A stretch of 47,823 nt of DNA, the filler included, from Trypethelium eluteriae (Eukaryota), in NCBI GenBank assembly GCA_051942245.1. It is 2 parts of 2 records of this genome, joined end to end, with 100 filler letters (N's around TTAATTAATTAA, not from the genome) between each part and the next. Parts side by side here need not be neighbours in the genome. Positions count along the whole stretch, not along the records: positions 1 to 23,865 come from JAVECL010000412.1; 1 more part is not named here. One strand, written 5' to 3'. Every line of letters starts with the position of its first letter. Within the stretch, counting starts at the first letter, position 1. The position numbers and the translations under genes were made by a program. This document shows positions 1 to 10,179 of the stretch, piece by piece. The notes under the pieces are model-generated. The model saw nothing but the letters and a program-made list of their open reading frames with translations. It made no database searches and was not told the origin of the DNA.

Positions 1-736
1 GGCATGAAGAGGAAGTTTGAACTGGATGAGGAGGAGCTGTTGAGTGTGGCGAAGGAGGAGAGGGAGAGGGCGAAGAAGGCGGTGTTGGATGAGAAGGTAG
101 GTTGTTGATTCTAAGGGTGGCCATCTCAACAAGAGGGCCACGGCATGAATGTTATAGCATACTGATGAGCGGCAGAAAGAAGCCGCCAGGTCGAAGCTAC
201 CCTCTTTCTGGGTCGCCTCTCAAACCCCGTCCTCAAACGAATCGAATCAACTTCACGATGTCCCGGAAACGCTCAAACTCAATCCACTCTGTCCAGGATC
301 CAACGAAGATGCGCCTCATGAATACTCCCTCAAGACCCTTGTTACCCTCCGTTTCGCTGAAGAAAAGGACGGCAAGACCGGGGAAGCGGTCCGCAGCTGT
401 CCCTCCTGCCGGAAAGCTCTCAGCAATGCCACGAAAGCGATGCTCGCTAAACCATGCGGACACGTTATGTGTAAGCCATGTGTTGAGAGGTTCATGAAGC
501 CAGACACAAGACCAGATGCGCACAATCCAGATGCGGAGTTGGATGTTTTGAGATGCTATGTGTGTGAAGCGGACTTAACGGATCGGAAGAGGGCGAAGAA
601 GGACGGAAAGAATGGAAAGGAGAAAAAAAAGGAGAAGATTCAACCTGGAATCGTAGAGATGAGTAGTGATGGGACAGGATTCGCGGGTGGTGGGAAGAAC
701 ATTGCGAAGAAGAAAGGAGTTGCATTTCAGTGTTAG
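1..736 (+). CDS. NOSIP-family (nitric oxide synthase-interacting protein-like) RING/U-box protein, 5'-partial; exons <1-96 and 176-736
   Basis: Exon 1 reads GMKRKFELDEEELL. Intron 97-175 (GTAGGT...ACTGAT...CAG). Exon 2 has SKLPSFWV, PLCPGSN and CPSCRK, then KPCGHVMCKPCVERF and RCYVCEADL, ending DGTGFAGGG...GVAFQC, typical of fungal NOSIP homologues. Confidence 0.85.
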
Positions 737-2056
737 AGGGCGCGATCGTGCTCATCCTAGAGATCGAGCTCACCGTCCTCGTGCTGGGTCATTGGATCGT
801 GAGATACCTCGGTTGCGATACGTTTGAACACCTTCATGAATCCTAAAAATGTCTACAAATTCGAGTCGCAACTACTGGCTCTGTGCGGTGTTCCAGTCGC
901 GCAAATCCGTCTGCTCTAAACGCTCAAACATTCGCGATCTTGGGCTTGTTTCTCTCTTGGAGTGAATCTTGGCTTTGAAGGGTCGTTGAGCATTCCAAAT
1001 GAGTTCGTACCTGAGTTTCCCGTTCTTTCACTGCTCGAACTACGTCTCGTAATCACTGCATGGTATCGCGACTGCAGAACAAATTTACTGAAAAAGCGTC
1101 CGCGCATTTTGTCAGGTTCGCAGCTTGAAAGGCAACGCTCCGCCTGGTCCTAGATTTCGATGCGACACAGACAGGGGATAAGATTTGAACATCAGCGAGA
1201 CTACTGGTAACTTGGGTAACTACAGCCCTTCAGCTCGGACGCATGGGGCAAGCCGCAATGTACGGCAAGTTGCAGGTTTCCCAAATACGGAGGATATAGT
1301 ACATAGCAGACGAAACTTGAAAGACCTTATGGCATAACCAGATGTCATCCATGCATATGGACAAGGGTAGTCCCCTATAAGAAACGTCGTGATGAGAGAG
1401 CTGGAGACGACCACCTTTCTCTCCATGCATTTCACTGGCGGACTTCTGATTTTCGATTTGTCATGTTGTTTCAAGACCTACTTGTGGGTGAGGAGACAAT
1501 TACAAATATTGATTCATGACGGAGTCATGTGTTCTAGACGGAAGCAGATTTCATACGATATTTAGCGAAGCAGGCGCTTAGCCCTTGTCTTCATAGGTAG
1601 GTATGATTGACATCGAAGTGAAACATGTGAATCGAAGATCTCAATCATTCATGCTTGGAGTATGACCATGAAGAGGTGAAGAGACATTTGTAACTGCTCA
1701 CCCGGCTCACCCCGGCTCAAGCCCCCACTTTTCTCCCTTGTCATTGTCCAAAAGAGGCTTAAGATAGCCGCTATCCTCCACAGGGTTCAGCTTCCTTCCC
1801 CGACGTCAGTTCTCAACAAGGCTAGCTTTCGTACATGCTGAGTACACTTCTCTTCCTTGGCCAGTTTTGCCACAAGTGCTAAACAAAGTGAGCCAAGATC
1901 TTTTCAAGTGTACATAAAATATATGAGAATGCGGTGACCCAATCGCCCGCCCGTGGGCCAAAATGGGCACCGGGCGAATTAGTCGCGTCAGTCCTCACTC
2001 ACTCACTCACTCGCAGAAATATATCCTGAACCTCCGAATCTATTGCTATCGGAAGA

Positions 2057-2875
2057 ATGTCGACTTTCTCAGATCTTCCAGGTGAAATAGTCCTGATTAT
2101 GTTGAAAACGCCCACTATACTGGACACCACACTGGCAATAGCAGCGACGTGCCGAGGGATCCGACATGTCTGGAATGAGAACCGCGACACTATCATCCGC
2201 TGTGTGCTTCAAAAGCATATATACTGCTAGGGAGACGCGATGAAACTTGCCGAAGCTCAGTTGGGGCCGAACGCCATGGCACAGGAGCCCTTGAGCTTCG
2301 CACGACAAATTGTGGCAAATCATGAGGGAGCCGAGCTTGTGCAGAACGATATCGAGTCATATGGTATGGGGTTGAAGGACATGTGCATCAACAGTCAACG
2401 TTGCCGCTCACGCCAACCGGAGATGTCATACTCCGAAAAACAACGTTTCTTCCACGCCTGGTACATGATACGCCAGTACACGGTAGTATTCGAGAATAAT
2501 AAGGACCGAGAGCGAGTGCTGCAGAATGAAGCACGGCAACTATGTTTGGAAGAGGCGCGACTCCTAGCTATGGTGATGAACTGGATTGATGAGTACATGG
2601 CATATGAAGTTCGCCTGAAGCTAGGAATCGCCAATCTCGACATTTCCGACAATGATTGGGCTCTTCTCGAATCAGACCCAATGAAGGCATCATGGCATTA
2701 TGCAAACGAGCTTTACTTCCGTGATTTTCTTAATAGATTCGAAGATGATCCAAAGTACATGGTTATACAGGAATGGGAACTCGAAGCTTGCACCTGCAAC
2801 CCGGTGTTTGAGCCCTGCGACTTAGGAGCCGACAAAGCAAACGATGCAGCTATCGATCATGTTCCACAGGGCTAA
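2057..2875 (+). pseudogene. F-box-like protein gene interrupted by a single in-frame TAG (2228-2230)
   Basis: ATG 2057 gives MSTFSDLPGEIVLIMLKTPTILDTTLAIAATCRGIRHVWNEN, an F-box-like pattern (LP.EI..I...L..TCR....W). It is in frame with ORF 2240-2875, and the only break is TGC TAG GGA. Confidence 0.65.
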
Positions 2876-3329
2876 TGGAAACTGATCAGTTCACCAATGC
2901 AGAGCTGGATTTATCTGCTTCAATCACTTTAGAAAAGGCCTGGATCCTGAAAAAGCAAGGCCGTTACCCGGTCACGTCGAATACCCGCTTCGCTTCGGTA
3001 TGATTTGGGCATGCTTTCTGAAGCTATGCATTGTGAAGCAGGAGCTGTGGGCACACAGGCCTCTATGTAGCTAGCTCTCCAGCTCTAAAACAAACCATCC
3101 ATCCTTTGCTCTCCAATTGTGATCCCAGCATGACTTTCTCCATGATATAGCATCGCTATCTGCAGTACCCTGCGCTTCTTACATTGAGAAATGCGAGTGG
3201 ATATCCAAATTCTGTGAATTGAACATGCCTTGACTATGCTTCTTTTATGCTTTTGAACAATCCGGATTCATAAATCACCTTTCTCATAAGTTTCATTGGC
3301 TCTCGTGCATGTAGCATTGATGTTCCAGT

Positions 3330-4400
3330 AGTCCAGATGACCCTCAAACAATCAGGGTTTGGTCGTAGTCTATGCCCAAGTACCGTGCACATACTGAGTC
3401 AGTACAACCTCTATAGTCAAATGACGACCAGTTGATTGAACCAGGCGTTCCCGACTTCACGTCCAAAAGATCGTCTCTAGCTGTTTCAGGAATCTCACAG
3501 GTATTATGTGAGTGCGCATACACAGTAAGTTCATTTCAACCCATTCATTAGCTCTGAGCCTGACCGAACCTTAGATAACATTGGAGATAAATCTGAATTG
3601 GATGAAGATTCCTCTGATCTAATCCTTATAAATATTCGTATAGCCACGTATACACAAACTCGTGGTTAGATAGATGTTCGTCCAACATAGGTCTATCAAC
3701 GCTATGATAGCAATTGGCTCTTATAACCTATTAGTCAGTACAGTTGACCTCAAGGTAGAAGTGGTGGAACATTGAAGTTAAAGATTTTAATTGTTACTCA
3801 GAGTATGGGTTCGCGAAAGCGTATTATATAGTTAAGATAGATGAGTTGGAAGATCAAAAGAAATATTTAAAACTGCTCACCTTGCTTATTCCACTCAAGC
3901 AGCGCTTAAAAGTATTAATGGAATGAGTAAAAATCAATAAAGCTGGATAAGTATATATAATTATAGATGGATTAATAATTAGTTCTTTACTTTGACTTCC
4001 TTTTATGTATATATTGATTTTGAAGTAATTTGACTTTATATATTCAAAATCAAAACTTTATATAACAATTTCATCAGATTGAACGAAACTATGTCCATTG
4101 AGATGCTTCACAAATACGCGCACAATGTCATGCAACGACTGTTCACCCTAAGCAGATCGCTTATTCAAGCACAAGCGGATATTGGAATATCTCAGAGCAG
4201 ACAAGATCATATTAATATGAGAGATCAAGGTATTGGTATAAGAAAACTTAAATTCAAGTTCTTAGGCCATCAGAGCTTTCAAGCATTCAACGGTGTACAA
4301 CACTTAGGATATCTCTTGAACAGTGGTTAGTTCCATGTACTGATGTCACAATTTTCATGATGCAGCTACTTTATTTGATGTTTTCACCTTCATTAAGCTT
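3330..4400 (-). pseudogene. AT-rich, C-to-T-decayed gene relic (RIP-like), product unknown; boundaries approximate
   Basis: One minus-strand frame (~4342-3881) is protein-like with only four stops, all TAA/TAG (4306, 4264, 4150, 4060). It is followed by an intron-like segment 3880-3728 (GTGAGC...CTGAC...TAG) and a further in-frame stretch with TAA/TGA stops. Confidence 0.5.
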
Positions 4401-4710
4401 ACAATTCTCAAGATATACGGGTAACAGACTTTTCGGACAAGAATTATACATACTCAAGCGCAAGGAAAACCCTCCGATACCTGATACTGAAGGTGCTTCT
4501 TGACGGCAGGCCACCCTAGGAGACTTCAACTATTGAGCAGGGGTGATTTCACCGGCGATATAACTCAACTCCTTTCATATATCACACGTCTCTTAAATCT
4601 TACATGCCGTTCATCTGGGACACTCCACGCTCAGCTCCAATGCGTTCACCCTGCACGCCCTACTGTACTGCGGATGACGCGGCTCTCGGTTCCGGTATCG
4701 CGTCTTTCGT

Positions 4711-6409
4711 CTAATATTTGGTCATGCGGAAGACACTGAGTTTTAGGGATCCAATCCTTAGCTTCCGATACCACAGTACAGTCAAGAGTAGGTTCGCGAA
4801 AAACAGAACGATCAGCTGCCCACCAAAGAGCTTGCCATGATAGGACCATGCATTCTGGGGATTAAGACCCTTGAATTGAATGACGACTGTCCAGGGGGAG
4901 TGTGTAAAGTAACTGTTGTGCTAGAGATTGGTAGAGAAACCAAGATGGCCGGGTGGCCAGCCAGATGTTGGAAAGCTGCACAGCCGAAACAAAGAAGAAG
5001 TAGCACCTACTAAAGTTAATCGTAGGACTAGCTAATGAGATACGTGAATACAAACCAATCAATTGTTCGCCACATATGAGCGGTGATCTTGGCAACGTTC
5101 TGCGAACCCGAGAGATAGTAGGCAAAAGGCTCACATCCAAAGAGAGTAAGAAAAATGGAGACAGGTACTTCAACCACAAGTACAAGGATCAACGAGTAGA
5201 GGATTGGCCGTATGATTTCTGGTTCGATCAGCTTTGACTCTCTCGTAGCAAGCTGCGCAGCATACGAAGAATTTGTTTTCTTGACGCCTGTGGGCGTAAA
5301 CTGTCTATTCCGACCTCTTTCCGCCATTTACCCCACGCATGGCCGGCGAAGGTCACGCCTGATGCTTGCAGGGCTTCGCAAGGGACCAGCACCACCAATC
5401 GAATGGTGGTGAGTGTTCCCCACGCAGTGGCGTAGTCAAGGTCGACAGAAGCGATTCCATGCAAGAGCCATAATGTGATTACGTTCCGGACTGCAGACTC
5501 TGTAAAAGTGAATAGACCGGGGCTGAGAAGAATTTTTAACGAACGAAGACTCGGTAGGACCGCATTACGATCAAGACTGGGTTTTCGATGAAGTGATGTA
5601 ATTGAGAGAAAGTATGCGAGTCCAATCAGCGCAGAGGACATATCACACGCCAACCGTATCAGTGCTTGAGTATTTACCGTTGGCTTGACGGTATGAATAT
5701 GAAACTTTGAAATGAAGATAAAATCAAGTATGATGTTGATAATAAACTTAGAAGAGTTAAGAATGAATGGGACAGTGGGCATATCCAAGGCTCTCGTCGA
5801 ATTGGTGACTGAAGTTTCAAGGGTAGAGCTTAATGCTGAAAAGGCGGTGATGCGTACATAAGTTAAGCTTGATGCTCTAATTGATGCTGGTACGAAGACT
5901 GAAATAAAATGAGGTGCTAAAAGCGCCAATATGACACTGATAATAAGACCTGCTATTAACTGAGAGACAATTAGAGTATGAGCAAGACTAAGTCGAGCAA
6001 GGAAACTCCTTGATGATTTATCTCCAATGACAGTCCAGGCTGCTTCTGGTAGTCCATCATTCGCAACTTCAGCAATGTTACTGATTTGGGTATAGGTATC
6101 GGTGAGAGCAACCTTTGACGGGTCGATCCTCGCTATCCACAGCTTGCTAAGTGTTTCGTAAAGAGCGGGAAGAAGGGCAGCAAAGAAGTTCAGCAACACC
6201 GATCCTGCGTACCTGTAGTGGCAATACAACGAAAGAGTCAGCCAAGTCACCGAGACAAGATTCATGTGGTAGGATATCAGAAAATCAAACCTGTCGGAAT
6301 GCCACCACCTCGAGGTTTTTGATCCTTCATATGGGTCCGCTGGCTGCTCATAAACCTGAAGATCAGCATCGCGAGATTGTTCTCGGTCAGTCTGCGCAAA
6401 ACCATCCAT
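4711..6409 (-). CDS. Fungal MATE-like multi-pass transporter; exons 6409-6291, 6212-5266, 5218-5056, 5006-4711, with a +1 frameshift at 4894-4898
   Basis: Motifs LLPALYETLSKLWIA, AEVANDGLPEAAW, LDFIFISKFH, FTESAVRN, DYATAWG, HMWRTIDWCY and LATRPSWFLYQSL. Three canonical introns. Removing one C from the C5 run restores LPWTVVIQ...NAWSYHGKLFGG and a 507-aa frame. Confidence 0.8.
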
Positions 6410-7851
6410 TGGGAATGATCGAACGACATGAGTTAATTCGAATACTGTCAGCCGTGGTAAATCTTGATGGGGTCGACTCGGATTGTAACGACGGAGTATC
6501 TATCAGCAATGTTCCACAGGGACTCAAAAGCTGCAACGTTCCACAGCGATAGAGCAGTGGTGCACTTATTTACTTTTACGAGTGATGGCCTGGAAGATAA
6601 GAAATTAATAGTGATTTGTTGGTATGAAAATGCGGTAAACATAGGTAAGGCAACTTGCGCTAAGTTCTGTTCATTATGCGATATCCTATACAGTCGCTGG
6701 TGGGAAGGCTCCTACGATTGGCTGCTTCTACCTCTACCGTCAATGCAAGTCGCCATGCAACTCGCGCAATAGACTTTCAAGCTGCCCGGATATGAGAAGC
6801 ATCGTACTTGTAGGCCGTGTTTGCCTTAATCCGCTCGCTGTTATTTCCGCATCCGTCTTTGGGCGATATTGGAGTGTGCCCCTGCTGAGAAGTTGCTGCA
6901 GCTGCAGCTACATCAGGGCGAAAAATTCCGTTGTTCTAGATAGCTACAGCTGACTGTTTATGACGTGGAAAATTAAGGGGATGAAGTCTCTGAGGTGGTA
7001 TATACCAATCTGGGCAGAGATCTACATCGCCCGGGGCGAGCAAATAGGATCTAGAAACATCACCTAATGAAGAAGCGGACGAAGGTAAGTTTCAGGTTCG
7101 ACAGCTTGTTCTCCAAGCACCTTTGCTAGCAAAGCTGAGAACATGCAAGTCCACCGCATTCAGCTCTAATCCTACTGCATGCATGCTACGGTACCCTTCT
7201 TCTTGTTGCAGGAAGTGGCTCTTGGAGGACCTGGATGGCAGTGCGTGTCATGGGTTATGATTGCGGCACCTACATAGTACTACTGTACATACCTTATTCA
7301 TCTTCTTCCTTATCTGTCGTGAAGAACTAGTTCCCGAAGATCTACGCAGTTTCGCAATCCAACACGCGGGACGCAGGGCAATTCGCAGGCTCACGGTCTC
7401 TATGGACATGGGCCGCGGAGCTTTTCTGCGGAAACTTGTAGTCTTGCATTGATGAGGTGCCCGAATGCATTCAGAGACTATTCTAGGATCGTAAAGGTCT
7501 CGGATATATTCCATCATCCGGCAGCGCAGACAATGGCCTTTCTGCCAATTGAAATTAGGCAGACAGTCATATCCGAAGGCATCCCCTTCAATTTCTGCTT
7601 GAATGCAGCGTGATTTCCAACCATCGTCGATCTAACGGCTCAGCTAATGACAATTACCGTGTCCCACGGCAGTACGGTACGATATTGCATTTTGCTGACA
7701 GACAGAAGACAGTTCGGCAGCTTCCTCAGAGACAAATAGTTGCTCCATTCTCATTAAATCTTTGAACAGCTACACTATTCCTCTTTTTCACCTGTTTTTT
7801 GTCCTACCAGCCCATGTGTGAACATTGTACTCTAAAGGCGAATTCTCAAGA

Positions 7852-9750
7852 ATGGACCAAACGGACGCAATATTATTTTTTAACAACCTATGGTCTGCCG
7901 GCAACAAACAGCTTGTGTGTAACCACTGCGGAGAGCAAATCAGCTCAGAGGAAGCGCTTGCCCGGACATTCACTGTTAAAAGTCAGATGGATACTGATGA
8001 AAAATTGCCCGCGGAGGAATTACCAGTTCCAACGCTCTCAGAAAAGATCTTGATTTATCACCGGCATTTGGGTTGCCTGTTTAATTTTACACCATACATA
8101 GCTATAAGCCACGTGTGGCATGAGCAGGTGGCCGACCTACAGTATAGAAGGGACAAGGCAGCGCTATCTGCTGACGATGTTGCCGACATCGTCCGAGAGG
8201 TCCCTTGCCGTATCTACCATGGATTGACGACCACCTTTCCGGGTGACTTCGAAGTTTGGCATGATTATATAAGTGTGCCGCAATGGCAACCCAGTCTAAA
8301 GAGTCAGATAATGGGGGCTATCCCCCAAATCTTCAGACAAGCATTGCGTACGGTTGCTCATCTTTCTGACATCGAGGCTCGCAGCTTCGATGCTATGCGA
8401 GAAGGCGCATCTCCGGAAGGTGTATGCCGTGGAATCAGTGATATCTGTAACAGCAAATGGTTTAGTAGGGTCTGGACTGCCATGGAGCTCACACAAAGCT
8501 GCGATCTACAGATAATGTTGAAAGATTTCAGTCTTATTGAAGGCCACAGCCTTGACTACTCACTATTGGAAGAATTATTTACTTCCTGGGATGTACAAGT
8601 CGCGAACCATGCCAACGCTCATGCTGCTGAGCAGATGGTCGGCATGGGACACAACCTCGTACCTTGGCAGCTGGGGCCGATTGGAATGATTAGGGTACAA
8701 AATTTGCGAGGAACTCGAAATATGTTTGCATCAGCTTATGAACTGCTCGCGCGGAGATGCGTAACAGTTCCCCGAGACTTCTTTTACAGTCTACTTGGGA
8801 TTGTGAAGACAGACTTAACCGAAGCAAAGCTTAGTCTTGACAACAGGGAAGCTTTGTTACAGGTTGCCAGAAACTGTATCAAGCAAGATGATCTTAGCCC
8901 GCTTTTTATGACACCCGAGTCTGCACAAAGAGAGCCTGATGAACTTACTCTCAAGAGCGACGGTTATCTTGATCTCTGTACCTTCGCCATGGGTTGCGAG
9001 TTTACATTTCCAACGTTCAGGGGTGCAAGATTTGACTCCGGTGATCCAGTCATAATGACGGAACGTATCGGAGAGGCTCAATGTTTTAGACGAGTAGACT
9101 GGACTAAGGGCACTGCGAAAGTGCTCTTCGAATTCATATGCCATACCCTTGAGTATACGGGCCTCGCTATCGACGCATTTGTTGAAACATTAGGCAGCCG
9201 CTTGTATGGACAGAATCATGAAAAAATACTCGAGCGTCTGTCCGAGGGTGATCGACTGTGCCAAATGTTGAGTAAGCTCGATGCTATCAGTGGAAAGACT
9301 TCCGACGATATGGGTGACATTACAGACTGGATAGCGGATGCCATGGGCCTCTCGAACAAGAGCCTCGAAAATGATACGACTCCGCTATCTCCAATGGAAT
9401 TTCTGGGGGGCCACGGTAGTACTTTGCATCTTTGCGGTCGTGCGGCTTTGGTCGTCGTGAAATGCTCCAGCTGCCTTGAGAACTTTCTAACCCTTGTTGC
9501 TCTGTTAGACTCTGGAGCGAACATATACGGAGCGAGAGCATACCGCGTTCCCGGTCTGAGATATCAGTTCACTCTTGAAGGGGGTGCCGGATTTTTCTTA
9601 CAAGATGGGCGCATTGTGGGACGCTTCATTTGGGCTATTCCTACGTGCTCATGCCCAAAGCTTGAAGAGATTAAGATCCCATTAACTCCGCCGCCCTTAC
9701 CATGCCCCAACAACTATCGATATGGACAGCAGCAGCAGAGCAACGAGTAG
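7852..9750 (+). CDS. HET-domain (heterokaryon incompatibility) protein, intronless
   Basis: HET motifs YIAISHVW, VWHDYISVPQW, MGAIPQIF, SKWFSRVWTAME and RDFFYSLLGI. First ATG is at 7852 within the 7825-9750 ORF. Confidence 0.85.
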   Translation: MDQTDAILFFNNLWSAGNKQLVCNHCGEQISSEEALARTFTVKSQMDTDEKLPAEELPVPTLSEKILIYHRHLGCLFNFTPYIAISHVWHEQVADLQYRRDKAALSADDVADIVREVPCRIYHGLTTTFPGDFEVWHDYISVPQWQPSLKSQIMGAIPQIFRQALRTVAHLSDIEARSFDAMREGASPEGVCRGISDICNSKWFSRVWTAMELTQSCDLQIMLKDFSLIEGHSLDYSLLEELFTSWDVQVANHANAHAAEQMVGMGHNLVPWQLGPIGMIRVQNLRGTRNMFASAYELLARRCVTVPRDFFYSLLGIVKTDLTEAKLSLDNREALLQVARNCIKQDDLSPLFMTPESAQREPDELTLKSDGYLDLCTFAMGCEFTFPTFRGARFDSGDPVIMTERIGEAQCFRRVDWTKGTAKVLFEFICHTLEYTGLAIDAFVETLGSRLYGQNHEKILERLSEGDRLCQMLSKLDAISGKTSDDMGDITDWIADAMGLSNKSLENDTTPLSPMEFLGGHGSTLHLCGRAALVVVKCSSCLENFLTLVALLDSGANIYGARAYRVPGLRYQFTLEGGAGFFLQDGRIVGRFIWAIPTCSCPKLEEIKIPLTPPPLPCPNNYRYGQQQQSNE

Positions 9751-10179
9751 CATTGTCTTCGACTTGAGACAAGGATCGAATGTCAATTAGAAGACCGTGT
9801 CAAGACTTGTATCTATATCTTCAGAAGCAAGTTCGTTAGGGCTACCTTAGTTTACCACACCGCCAATCGATTATATGGGTTTTGATCTGCACCCGTCTTT
9901 CTGCGTCAACGCCGGCTCAAGCTCCTAGAGTATGAAACTATGCGCCATGGCTTGTGTCGGGCTGGCAACCTCTTTACTCTTTAGTCCTCATTGTTCTTTT
10001 AATAGCAATCGAAAGATCCAATCTCAATATGATTCACAAAAATTCCCATTCCCAGCTTGGGGAATTGAAGAACCAAATTGTCTTTTGTTTCGTTCCTCGC
10101 CACGCTCTGATGGAATAGTCCAAGCAGAGCTGCAATGACCTGGTATGCCTATACCGAATCATTGAATGCCAACGAAGAG

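Noticed and set aside
860..1480. Short minus-strand ORFs downstream of the NOSIP-like gene
   Set aside because: Partly protein-like but stop-ridden and without recognisable motifs; cannot be supported as a gene.
9700..9750. Q/N-rich HET C-terminus (NNYRYGQQQQSNE) as an amyloid signalling motif
   Set aside because: Too short, lacks an HRAM/PP/sigma pattern, and has no counterpart at the NLR N-terminus.
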